Below are positions 27,766 through 35,848 of a stretch of DNA of 35,848 nucleotides, piece by piece. Source of the stretch: Sandaracinaceae bacterium (GTDB lineage: Bacteria > Myxococcota_A > Polyangia > Polyangiales > Sandaracinaceae); assembly GCA_044220955.1 (NCBI GenBank), contig JBGAQA010000073.1:1-35848 (forward strand), given 5' to 3'. The notes beneath the pieces were generated by a model. The model worked only from the letters and a program-made list of their open reading frames with translations. It ran no database searches and had not been told where the DNA came from. The position numbers and the translations under genes are program-made. Numbering within the stretch: the first letter of the stretch is position 1; the number at the start of each line of letters is the position of its first letter.

Positions 27766-30342
27766 ATGTTCCGCTCGCTCCTGCGCCACTCCGACCTCCG
27801 GGCACGCCCGGCCGCGGTACGTCCTGCCTGGTGGAGCCGGACGCGCGACGAGCTCGCGCGCGAGGTCGGATGCGATCCTGGCCGCGGACTCGACGACGCG
27901 GAGGTCGAGCGCCGGCGGCGCATCCACGGCCCGAACACGCTCGAGCCCGAGCGGCGCCCGAGCTGGCTGGGCGCGCTCCTGGACCAGCTGCGTAGCCCGC
28001 TCGTTCTCTTGCTCGTCGTCGCTGCCGTCATCTCCGCCGTCGCGCGCGAGTGGACCGATGCCGTCGTCGTCGTCTCGATCGTGCTCGGCAGCGCGATGCT
28101 GGGCACGTTCCACGAGTACCGCGCGAGCGCCGCCGTGGAGAAGCTGCGCGCGCAGGTGCTCGTTCGCGCGACGGTGCTGCGCAACGGCGTCTTCACGCAG
28201 CTCCCGGCCGCCGCGATCGTCCCGGGGGACGTGGTCCGCCTCGGGGCGGGGAGCCTCGTCCCGGGCGACGCGGTCCTGCTCGAGACCAAGGACCTCTTCG
28301 TCGCGGAGGCGGCGTTGACCGGAGAGTCGTTCCCGATCGAGAAGGAGGTCGGCGTCTCGGGCGCCGACGCCTCCGTCGCCGAGCGTCGCGGCGCGCTGTT
28401 CCTCGGGAGCTCGGTGCAGAGCGGAACGGGCCTGGCGCTCGTCGTGGCGACGGCGCGCGCGACCGAGCTCGGCGCGATCGCGCACCGGCTCGCGACGCGT
28501 GCACCCGAGAGCGCGTTCGAGTCGGGGATCCGCCGCTTCGGCGCCTTGCTCATGCGCGTCATGGCCCTGCTCACGTTCGTCGTGCTCGCGGCGAACCTCT
28601 TGCTCGCGCGACCTGCGATCGAGTCGCTGCTCTTCGCCATCGCGCTGGCCGTGGGGATCTCGCCGGAGATGCTGCCCGCGATCCTCGCCGTGACGCTCTC
28701 GCGGGGTGCCGTGCGCATGGCGGAGCGTGGCGTGATCGTGAAGCGGCTCGCGGCCATCGAGGGACTCGGAGCGATGGACGTCCTGTGCACGGACAAGACC
28801 GGCACCCTGACCGAGGGCGTCGTGCGTCTGGACGGCGCGCTCGACGCGTCGGGCCATCCCTCGGACGAGGTGCTCGGCCTCGCGCTCGTGAACGCCACGC
28901 TCCAGGCGGGCATGCCGAACCCGCTCGACGCGGCGATCCGCGAGGGCGCCCGGATGCGCGAGGTCGACCTCGGCGACGCGACGAAGTGCGACGAGATCCC
29001 CTACGACTTCGCGCGCAAGCGGCTCGGCGTCGTCGTCGCGCGAGGGCCCGATCGGACCCTGGTCGTCAAGGGAGCGCTCCGGAGCGTCCTCGACGTCTGC
29101 ACGACGGTCGAGGAGCCCTCGGGTCGGGTCGGCATCGACGCGCGCCGCGGCGCGATCGACGCACGGCTCGACGCCTGGAACGCGAAGGGCTTCCGGGTCC
29201 TCGGCGTGGCCACCAAGACGGTGGACGCCAAGGAGCGCTACGACGTCGCCGACGAGAGCGGGCTCGCGCTCCGAGGGTTCCTGCTCTTCTTCGACGCGCC
29301 GAAGGCCGACGCGGAGGCCACCGTGCGTGCGCTCGAGGCGCTCGGCATCGGGCTCAAGGTCCTCACGGGCGACAGCCGCGGCTGCGCGGTGCACGTCGCG
29401 AGCGCGGTCGGCATCCCGGTCGAGGGGGTCCTCGTCGGCAGCGAGCTCGCGGCCCTCGGGCCGGAGGCGCTCGCCGCGACCTGCGAGCGCACGACGATCT
29501 TCGCCGAGCTCGACCCGGCCCAGAAGGAGCGCGTGATCCTCGCGCTCGCGAAGCGCGGCCACGTCGTGGGCTACCTCGGTGACGGCATCAACGACGCGCC
29601 CGCGCTGCACGCGGCCGACGTCGCGATCTCGGTCGATGGCGCCGCGGACGTCGCGAAGGAGGCCGCCGACTTCGTCCTCGGTCGCCGCGACCTCGACGTG
29701 CTGCGCGCCGGCGTCGAGGCCGGGCGCGTCACCTTCGCGAACACGCTCAAGTACGTGCGGACGACCGTGAGCGCGAACTTCGGGAACATGGTGAGCATGG
29801 CGTTCGCGTCGGCGTGGCTCCCGTTCCTCCCACTGGCCGCGGGCCAGATCCTGCTCAACAACTTCCTCTCGGACGTCCCGCAGACGTTCATCGCCTCGGA
29901 CGCCGTCGATCCCGAGGTCACCGCGCGACCGGGTCGCTGGAACGTGCGGGCCATCCGCGACTTCATGGTGGTCTTCGGGCTCGTGAGCTCGGCGTTCGAC
30001 ATCCTCACCTTCGTCGCGCTCCGCTACGCGTCGGCGACGCTCGACGAGTTCCGCACCGCGTGGTTCGTCGAGTCCCTGCTGACCGAGCTCGGCATCGCGC
30101 TCGTGGTGCGGACGAGCCGGCCGGCCTACAGGAGCCGGCCCGCCCGGGCGCTCGTCCTCTCGACGGGGGCCGTGACGTTGGTGGCGCTGCTCTCGCCTTA
30201 CCTACCGTACGGGTCGACCTTCGGGCTGGTCCCGCTCGAGCCCCGCTGGATCGTCCTGATCACCACGATCGCCGCCCTCTATCTCGTGGCGTCCGAGGTG
30301 ACCAAGCGTCTCTACGTCCGCTTCCGCTCGTTCGAGGGCTGA
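27766..30342 (+). CDS. mgtA: magnesium-translocating P-type ATPase
   Basis: ALTGESFPIEK, AVGISPEMLP, LCTDKTGTLT, DEIPYDF.RKR, GDGINDAPAL, KY...TVSANFGNMVS, QILLNNFLSD, WFVESLLT. Confidence 0.9.
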   Translation: MFRSLLRHSDLRARPAAVRPAWWSRTRDELAREVGCDPGRGLDDAEVERRRRIHGPNTLEPERRPSWLGALLDQLRSPLVLLLVVAAVISAVAREWTDAVVVVSIVLGSAMLGTFHEYRASAAVEKLRAQVLVRATVLRNGVFTQLPAAAIVPGDVVRLGAGSLVPGDAVLLETKDLFVAEAALTGESFPIEKEVGVSGADASVAERRGALFLGSSVQSGTGLALVVATARATELGAIAHRLATRAPESAFESGIRRFGALLMRVMALLTFVVLAANLLLARPAIESLLFAIALAVGISPEMLPAILAVTLSRGAVRMAERGVIVKRLAAIEGLGAMDVLCTDKTGTLTEGVVRLDGALDASGHPSDEVLGLALVNATLQAGMPNPLDAAIREGARMREVDLGDATKCDEIPYDFARKRLGVVVARGPDRTLVVKGALRSVLDVCTTVEEPSGRVGIDARRGAIDARLDAWNAKGFRVLGVATKTVDAKERYDVADESGLALRGFLLFFDAPKADAEATVRALEALGIGLKVLTGDSRGCAVHVASAVGIPVEGVLVGSELAALGPEALAATCERTTIFAELDPAQKERVILALAKRGHVVGYLGDGINDAPALHAADVAISVDGAADVAKEAADFVLGRRDLDVLRAGVEAGRVTFANTLKYVRTTVSANFGNMVSMAFASAWLPFLPLAAGQILLNNFLSDVPQTFIASDAVDPEVTARPGRWNVRAIRDFMVVFGLVSSAFDILTFVALRYASATLDEFRTAWFVESLLTELGIALVVRTSRPAYRSRPARALVLSTGAVTLVALLSPYLPYGSTFGLVPLEPRWIVLITTIAALYLVASEVTKRLYVRFRSFEG

Positions 30343-30412
30343 ACGGGCCCGCCGGCCGCCCCCCCGTCCGGCCGGGCTTGCGGCCACGCGAACCGTGCTG
30401 AAATCGAGGCCC

Positions 30413-31582
30413 ATGGCCGCCGACTCGCTCCGCGTGCTCGTCGTCGACGACGACGACGTCGATGCGCTGCTGCTCACCGAGAACCTGGCCGAGGGCTGGC
30501 GCGCGCCGCTGCGGTTCTCCCGCGCGCGGAGCGGGGCCGAGGCGCTGGCCGCGCTCCAGACCGAGGTGTTCGACCTCTGCCTGCTGGACTATCGCCTCGG
30601 CAGCGAGTCCGGGATCACCGTGCTCGCGTCGATCCGCGTTCTCACGGACGAGCTCCCCGTCGTCGTGCTCACCTCCGCACCGGCCCACGAGGTCGACGTC
30701 GCCGCGAGCGAGGTCGGGGCCGACGACTACCTCGACAAGGCTCGCCTGAGCCCCTTCGTGCTCGAGCACAGCGTCCGCTACGCTCGGAGTCACCGCAGCG
30801 TCCTGCGCCAGCTACGGGCGCGGAACCGCGAGCTCGCGCGCCTCGACCGCGAGAAGAACGTCCTGCTCGGCATGGCGGCCCACGATCTGCGCAACCCGAT
30901 CGGCGTGGTGCGCGGCTACGCCGAATTCCTGTCCGCGCACCTCGCCGAGATCGACGCGGCCGAGACGCTCGAGATCCTCGAGACGATGCGCAGCTCCTGC
31001 TCGCAGATGTCCGGCCTCATCGACGATCTGCTCGACGTGTCTTCCATCGAGGCGGGCACGCTCATCCTCCGCAGGACGAGCGTGGATCTCGCGCAGCTGG
31101 CGCGCGACGTGATCGCACAGCAGGCGACGGTCGCCGACGCGAAGAAGCTCTCGCTCGAGCTCGCCGCCGAGGAGCTCCCGATGGTCTCGCTCGACCACGC
31201 CCGCTTCGAGCAGGTGCTCTCCAACCTGGTGAGCAACGCCATGAAGTACTCGAACGCCGGCGCGAAGGTCGTCGTCCACCTCTCGCGCCTCGACGACGCG
31301 CACGTCCGCGTCGCCGTCGAGGATCACGGCATCGGCATCGCGGCGGAGTTCCTGCCGCGCCTGTTCCGGCCCTTCCAGCGAGAGCAGCGCGCCGGGACGT
31401 CGGGCGAGAAGAGCACGGGCCTCGGGCTCGCCATCGTCAAGCGCGTCGTCGAGGCGCACGGAGGCACGATCTCGGTGCGCAGCCAGCGCGGCGAGGGCTC
31501 GACGTTCACGGTGGAGCTGCCCATCGCGGACGAGCTCCGGACTTCCGAGGGCGCGTCAGCCGGTGATCGCGTGCGCGAGTGA
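30413..31582 (+). CDS. response regulator receiver–histidine kinase hybrid
   Basis: VLVVDDD, CLLDYRL, YLDK; AAHDLRNPI, NLVSNAMKY, VEDHGIG, STGLGLAIVK. Confidence 0.92.
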   Translation: MAADSLRVLVVDDDDVDALLLTENLAEGWRAPLRFSRARSGAEALAALQTEVFDLCLLDYRLGSESGITVLASIRVLTDELPVVVLTSAPAHEVDVAASEVGADDYLDKARLSPFVLEHSVRYARSHRSVLRQLRARNRELARLDREKNVLLGMAAHDLRNPIGVVRGYAEFLSAHLAEIDAAETLEILETMRSSCSQMSGLIDDLLDVSSIEAGTLILRRTSVDLAQLARDVIAQQATVADAKKLSLELAAEELPMVSLDHARFEQVLSNLVSNAMKYSNAGAKVVVHLSRLDDAHVRVAVEDHGIGIAAEFLPRLFRPFQREQRAGTSGEKSTGLGLAIVKRVVEAHGGTISVRSQRGEGSTFTVELPIADELRTSEGASAGDRVRE

Positions 31583-32848
31583 CGCGAGCTGCTGCGCGTC
31601 GAATGGCTTGCCGAGGAACGCGTTCGCGCCGAGCCGTCCGAGCAGCGACCAGTCCGCCGGGCCACCGATCGCGCTGAGCACGATCACGGGGACGTCGGCG
31701 AGCTCCGGGCGCGCGCGCACCTCGGCCACGAGCTCGACGCCGTTCATCAGCGGCATGTCGAGGTCGGTCACGAGCAGATCCGGGCGGTGACGCAGGGCGG
31801 AGGCGAGGGCCGCTGCGCCGTCCGGCGTCGTCTCGATGGTCGAGCCGCGGAAGCTGCGCGCGAGCGTGCGGCGAACGATGTCGCAGTACGCGGGGTCGTC
31901 GTCCGCGACGAGGATGCGCAGGGGCCGCGTCGGTGGGTGGTGGAGCGGCACCTGCTCGAGCGCGCGCCGCAGGGCGTCGACGCTGGGCGTGCGGACCACC
32001 GGGTCCGAGGCCAGGGCGGCGAGGACGGGCGCGTCGAAATTCGTCCCGAGGCCCGCCCGCAGCTCGCTCGGGTTTCGCGGGACGCGGCCGCTGGCGAGCG
32101 CGTCGAGGCGCTCCGCGTCGCTCGCGAACGGGAGCTGTCCGGTGAGCAGCTCGTAGGCCATGACGCCGATCGAGTAGACGTCGACGCGCTGCGCGAGCTC
32201 CGGCCGGAGCGTCTCTTCGAGGACCAGCTCGGGAGCGCCGTACGCCGGGGTCGACCACCCGGACGGCGGCGCGCCGGCCCGGCGCGAGAGGCCGAAGTCC
32301 GAGATCACGACACGGAACGCGGGCCCGAGCAGCACGTTGCTCGGCTTCAGGTCCGCGTGCACGAGCCCGGCCGCGTGCATGGCCGACGCGCCGCGGCAGA
32401 TCTGATCCAGGATCGCCGTCGTCTGGGCGACGCGCAGCGGCCCGTCGTTCGCGGCCATCATCTTCCCGAGGTCGGTCCCGGGGACGTGCTCCATGACGAT
32501 GTAGGGCAGTCCGTCGGACTCGCCGAGCGCGAGGATGCGTACCACGTGGGGGTGCGCGATCCGGGCCATCGTGCGCGCCTCGGCGCGGAAGCGCTCCAGC
32601 ACGTCGAGCGGAGGGCGCGTGTCCGAGCGGATGAGCTTGATCGCGACGTCACGATCGAGCGACTCGTCGTGCGCGAGGTAGACGCTGCCCATGCCCCCGG
32701 CGCCCAGGAGCCGCACGATGCGGTACGTGTCCAGCCGCGCACCTGGCTCGAGGGGCTTCGGGGGCGGTGCGGCGTTGCGCAGCAGACCGGGGCGCGCGGG
32801 CGCGGTGTGATGCACGAGCGGCGTCTCGTCGCGGTCACGATTGCTCAT
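31556..32848 (-). CDS. Ser/Thr protein kinase fused to a C-terminal receiver domain
   Basis: LGAGGMGSVY, VAIK, RFRAEA, HADLKPSN, DFG, APE, DVYSIG; REC ILVADDD, LVTDLDMP, FLGKP. Confidence 0.92.
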   Translation of the reverse strand: MSNRDRDETPLVHHTAPARPGLLRNAAPPPKPLEPGARLDTYRIVRLLGAGGMGSVYLAHDESLDRDVAIKLIRSDTRPPLDVLERFRAEARTMARIAHPHVVRILALGESDGLPYIVMEHVPGTDLGKMMAANDGPLRVAQTTAILDQICRGASAMHAAGLVHADLKPSNVLLGPAFRVVISDFGLSRRAGAPPSGWSTPAYGAPELVLEETLRPELAQRVDVYSIGVMAYELLTGQLPFASDAERLDALASGRVPRNPSELRAGLGTNFDAPVLAALASDPVVRTPSVDALRRALEQVPLHHPPTRPLRILVADDDPAYCDIVRRTLARSFRGSTIETTPDGAAALASALRHRPDLLVTDLDMPLMNGVELVAEVRARPELADVPVIVLSAIGGPADWSLLGRLGANAFLGKPFDAQQLASLAHAITG

Positions 32849-32932
32849 GGGCAACTCTGCCCTCCAGGCGTGCATGCCGGAACACCTGGGCACGTGCGGA
32901 CCGTCCGCAAGACCCGGCGCGCGCGCGCACGT

Positions 32933-32977
32933 GCGCAGCTCTTGCGCAGCGCCCACGTCGACGCGCAGTGCCTGCGC
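32933..32977. promoter_or_regulatory. two perfect GCGCA-N5-TGCGC sites
   Basis: GCGCA-GCTCT-TGCGC (32933-32947) and GCGCA-GTGCC-TGCGC (32963-32977). Confidence 0.8.
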
Positions 32978-33007
32978 CGGCCGCGCGGGATCGTCGGGGC
33001 CCCGACC

Positions 33008-33023
33008 TGGCACGCTGGCTGCT
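33008..33023 (+). promoter_or_regulatory. sigma54 promoter for hemerythrin-usp-M50 protease
   Basis: TGGCACGCTGGCTGCT. The GC lies 13 nt before ATG 33036. Confidence 0.82.
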
Positions 33024-33035
33024 CTCCGGTCCGTC

Positions 33036-33542
33036 ATGGCGCGAGCGCGCGCGACCGGGACGAACAAGGCGGGCGGCGATCTGCGCGAGGCGCTCGTGCG
33101 CGAGCACGACACGCTCCAGTCCCTCTTCGCCGACGTCGTCGACGCGTTCGACACGGGCAACGGCACGTGGGCGGCGAGCTGCTTCAGCGAGCTCGAGCGG
33201 CAGCTCTCGGCGCACATGGAGATGGAAGAGGAGCACGTCTTCCCCGGCCTCTCCCGCGTCGATCCCGTGGAGACGCGCGCGCTCCTCGGCGAGCACGCGG
33301 CCATCCGCTCGCAGCTCGCCTCGCTCGCGGTCGGGGTCGACCTGCACACGACCCGCGCCGCGGAGATCGGCGAGCTCGTGGCGATGCTACGGGCGCACGC
33401 GGGGCGTGAGGACGCGCTCGCCTACCGCTGGGCGGAGACGCACCTCGCGGCCGGGACGCGCGCGAGCCTGCTGGCCCGCGTGGAGGAGCGGATGGCGAAG
33501 CTGGCCGAGCATGCGCGCTCCCGGCGCTCGAAGAACGGCTAA
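33036..33542 (+). CDS. hemerythrin-like (HHE) domain protein
   Basis: L..EH..L, AHMEMEEEHVFP, LLGEHAAI, AHAGREDALAY, giving the H / HxxxE / H / HxxxE ligand pattern. Confidence 0.88.
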   Translation: MARARATGTNKAGGDLREALVREHDTLQSLFADVVDAFDTGNGTWAASCFSELERQLSAHMEMEEEHVFPGLSRVDPVETRALLGEHAAIRSQLASLAVGVDLHTTRAAEIGELVAMLRAHAGREDALAYRWAETHLAAGTRASLLARVEERMAKLAEHARSRRSKNG

Positions 33543-33590
33543 GGTAGGGGAGCGCGGTCCCGGTGGGCGCGCGGCGCGACTGAGGTGCCC

Positions 33591-34442
33591 ATGTTTCGTT
33601 CGATCCTGTGTGCGACGGACTTCTCGCGCGGCGCCTCGCACTCCGTGGCCACGGCCGCGAAGTGGGCCGAGGCGCTCGGCGCGTCGCTCGAGGTGCTGCA
33701 CGTCGTCACGCCGCTGATCTCGCACGTGCCCCCGTCGTCGTTTCTCGAGGAGCTCCAGGCGACGGTCCGGAACGACGCCGAGGGCAAGCTCGAGTCCCTC
33801 GTGGAGCCGCTGCTCCCGCGCGTGAAGGCGACCTGGCGCGTGGTGGACGGCTTCCCGCGCGACGAGATCGTCGGCCGGGCGCGCGCGCTCGCGGCCGACC
33901 TGGTGGTCGTCGGCCAGACGAGCGAGACGCCGCTCTCGCGCGTGGTGCTCGGCAGCGTCGCCGACCGCGTGGTCCGCACCTGCGACAGCGCGGTGCTCGT
34001 GGTGCCCATGAGCTCGACCGGCGCGCTCCCGCGCGCGATCGTTGCGCCGACCGATCTCTCGGCCCCCTCGCAGCGCGCCGTGCGCGCCGCCTTCGAGCTC
34101 GGGCGGACCTTCCGGGCGAGCGTCGAGGTGGTCCACGCGTACGAGCTGCCGTGGCTTGCCGATCGCGAGGCGCCGTGGGCCAAGGACCTGCCGCGCGCCC
34201 TCGGCGAGAAGGCGCGCGCCACGCACGCGCTCGACCCCGGCGCCGCGCTCCGCGTCGTCGAGGGAGCGCCGGCGGCCGCCATCGCCGAGGTCGTGCGCAG
34301 CACGAGCGCCAACCTCGTCGTGATCGCGAGCAGCGGAAGGGCGGCCTCGCGCCTGCTCGGCGGCGTGACCGATCGCGTGCTGCGCAGCGCCCACGAGCCC
34401 GTCCTCGTGCTCCACGGGCCCTCAAAGTCGCCCCGGCGATGA
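33591..34442 (+). CDS. tandem-domain universal stress protein
   Basis: MFRSILCATDFS...LGSVADRVVRT; IVAPTDLS...LLGGVTDRVLRSAHEPVLV. Confidence 0.92.
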   Translation: MFRSILCATDFSRGASHSVATAAKWAEALGASLEVLHVVTPLISHVPPSSFLEELQATVRNDAEGKLESLVEPLLPRVKATWRVVDGFPRDEIVGRARALAADLVVVGQTSETPLSRVVLGSVADRVVRTCDSAVLVVPMSSTGALPRAIVAPTDLSAPSQRAVRAAFELGRTFRASVEVVHAYELPWLADREAPWAKDLPRALGEKARATHALDPGAALRVVEGAPAAAIAEVVRSTSANLVVIASSGRAASRLLGGVTDRVLRSAHEPVLVLHGPSKSPRR

Positions 34443-35596
34443 GCGACGCTGCGGCCGCGGGCTCCCCGGCGCCCACCCCGGCGGATCGACACCCGTGGTC
34501 ATTGAGGGTCGGCCGCCTGCTCGGCATCCCCATCGACATCCACGTCACCTTCCTCGTCCTGCTCCTGTGGATCGCGCTCTCGCCGCTCGCCACGGGCAGC
34601 TCGCTCGAGAAGGGCCTCGAGAGCGCGGCGTTCACGTCGCTCGTGTTCGGCATCGTCGTCCTGCACGAGCTCGGCCATGCGCTCGTCGCGCGACGCTACG
34701 GCTGCCCCACCACGCGCATCCTCTTGCTCCCGATCGGGGGCGTCGCCTCGCTCGCGCGCATGCCCACGCGCCCCCTCGAGGAGCTCCTCGTCGCCGTCGC
34801 CGGCCCCGCCGTCAACGTCGTGCTCGCCTCGCTGCTCGCCGTCTGGGTCGGGGTCACCGATCCCGCGCACGGCTTCGACGTCAGCACGCCGGACGCCGCG
34901 CTCGCGACACGACTGCTCTGGGTGAACGTGGGCCTGGCGGTGTTCAACCTGCTGCCGGCGTTCCCGATGGACGGCGGCCGCGTGCTCCGCGCCGTCCTCG
35001 CGATGTTCGTCGATCGGGAGCGCGCCACGCAGCTCGCGGTGCTCGCCGGCCGCGCGATCGCGCTCGGGCTCGGCGTGCTCGGCCTGCTCTTGCAGCCGAT
35101 CCTCGCGCTGGTGGCGTTCTTCGTGTGGAGCGCGGGGCGCGCCGAGGCCGCGATGGAGTCGACGCGGGCCGCGCTCGCGGGGATCCGCGTGGGACAGGTC
35201 GCGACCGGCGAGCTCGACGCGCTCGGCGCACGCGTGCCTCTGGCCGAGGTCGCGCAGCGGATCCTCGCCGGCAGTCCCCACGACGTGGTGGTCGTGGACG
35301 GAGACGCGGTGACGGGCTTGCTCACGCGCGGCGACGTCCTCCGTGGTCTCGCCAAGGGCGAGCTCGACGTACCGATCGGCGAGCTCATGCACACGAGCGT
35401 CGTCACCGCCGCCCCGGACGAGCTGCTCGAGTCGGCCCTGCCGCGCCTCGAGGCCAGCCACCTCGGCACCCTCGTCGTCGTCGACGCCGGCCGCGTGGTC
35501 GGCATCGTCGACGCCGAGAGCCTCGGCGAGCGCATCCTGCTCGCGCGCGCTCTCTCCCGCCGCCGCCTCCCGCGCCGAGCGCCCAGCACGCCATGA
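34439..35596 (+). CDS. site-2 protease (M50 Zn metalloprotease) with CBS pair, Rip3/Rv2625c-like
   Basis: GRLLGIPIDIHVTF, VLHELGH, LLPIGGVA, AVAGPAVN, FNLLPAFPMDGGRVLRA, followed by two CBS domains. ATGA overlap with the USP stop. Confidence 0.93.
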   Translation: MSDAAAAGSPAPTPADRHPWSLRVGRLLGIPIDIHVTFLVLLLWIALSPLATGSSLEKGLESAAFTSLVFGIVVLHELGHALVARRYGCPTTRILLLPIGGVASLARMPTRPLEELLVAVAGPAVNVVLASLLAVWVGVTDPAHGFDVSTPDAALATRLLWVNVGLAVFNLLPAFPMDGGRVLRAVLAMFVDRERATQLAVLAGRAIALGLGVLGLLLQPILALVAFFVWSAGRAEAAMESTRAALAGIRVGQVATGELDALGARVPLAEVAQRILAGSPHDVVVVDGDAVTGLLTRGDVLRGLAKGELDVPIGELMHTSVVTAAPDELLESALPRLEASHLGTLVVVDAGRVVGIVDAESLGERILLARALSRRRLPRRAPSTP

Positions 35597-35684
35597 CCGC
35601 CGAACCCTTTCCCCCGCCCCCGGCTCCAACCCGGGGTCACTCCACACCCACTCAACCCACTGGATTCCTTACGAACCGGCGGCC

Positions 35685-35700
35685 AGGTGCGCGATTTGCG
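35685..35700 (+). promoter_or_regulatory. candidate sigma54 promoter, with an IHF-like site at 35650-35662
   Basis: AGGTGCGCGATTTGCG (GG-N10-GC) 25 nt before ATG 35725. Upstream ACTCAACCCACTG resembles the IHF consensus WATCAANNNNTTR. Confidence 0.45.
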
Positions 35701-35724
35701 CCGGTCACCCCCAGAGAGCCTCCC

Positions 35725-35848
35725 ATGCACACCCTCCGAACAGCGCTCCTGACCACGGCCCTCGGTCTCGCCGTCGCCGCCTGCTCCGGCAGCGCGTCGA
35801 GCCAGTCGCACCACGTCGACTCCGCCGAGGCCCACCGCCTCGTCGAGC
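35725..35848 (+). CDS. lipoprotein, probably rhodanese-like (truncated by the window edge)
   Basis: MHTLRTALLTTALGLAVAA-C lipobox, then SHHVDSAEAHRLVE, similar to the first helix of rhodanese domains. Confidence 0.55.
   Translation, partial: MHTLRTALLTTALGLAVAACSGSASSQSHHVDSAEAHRLVE

Noticed and set aside
24571..29610. 1679-aa minus-strand ORF and the many other long Arg/Ala/Pro-rich overlapping ORFs
   Set aside because: These are antisense or alternate-frame shadows of well-supported genes, expected in very GC-rich DNA with few stop codons. They contain no recognisable motifs.
32849..32932. sigma54 promoter for the Ser/Thr kinase, and the palindrome TGCGGAC-C-GTCCGCA near 32895
   Set aside because: I found no convincing minus-strand -24/-12 element with correct spacing. 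The palindrome is single-copy, so no function can be assigned.

Overview
Very GC-rich bacterial DNA. Cys-rich lipoproteins, an RpoH-like sigma factor, Ser/Thr kinase and two-component hybrids and a fused ccoNO suggest Myxococcota (Polyangia/Sandaracinaceae-like); this assignment is inference. The left ~9 kb holds a YceI protein, a Cys-rich lipoprotein, a three-gene NRDE(TANGO2-like)–DUF692 (MNIO)–DUF2063 operon with no obvious precursor peptide, a YtfJ/thioredoxin-fold protein, membrane hypotheticals and a beta-CASP MBL nuclease. From ~9.2 kb to the right edge is a coherent low-oxygen island. It encodes five universal stress proteins, a CBS protein, an RpoH-like sigma-70, a sensor-less histidine kinase and an NtrC-family sigma54 activator. 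It also encodes a cbb3 oxidase operon (ccoI-S-NO-Q-P-G, no ccoH), a DsbD_2/TauE protein, three hybrid kinases (one with a FixL-like PAS), MgtA, a non-RD Ser/Thr kinase–receiver fusion, a hemerythrin, an M50-CBS protease and a probable rhodanese lipoprotein. The strongest non-coding signal is a regulon readable directly from the DNA. There are seven sigma54 -24/-12 elements (GG-N10-GC), six of them paired with helically phased GCGCA-N5-TGCGC palindromes. Three of these promoters lie exactly 13 nt before an RBS-less start codon, suggesting leaderless sigma54 mRNAs. A two-hairpin REP-like repeat and a short coding-like remnant were also found.
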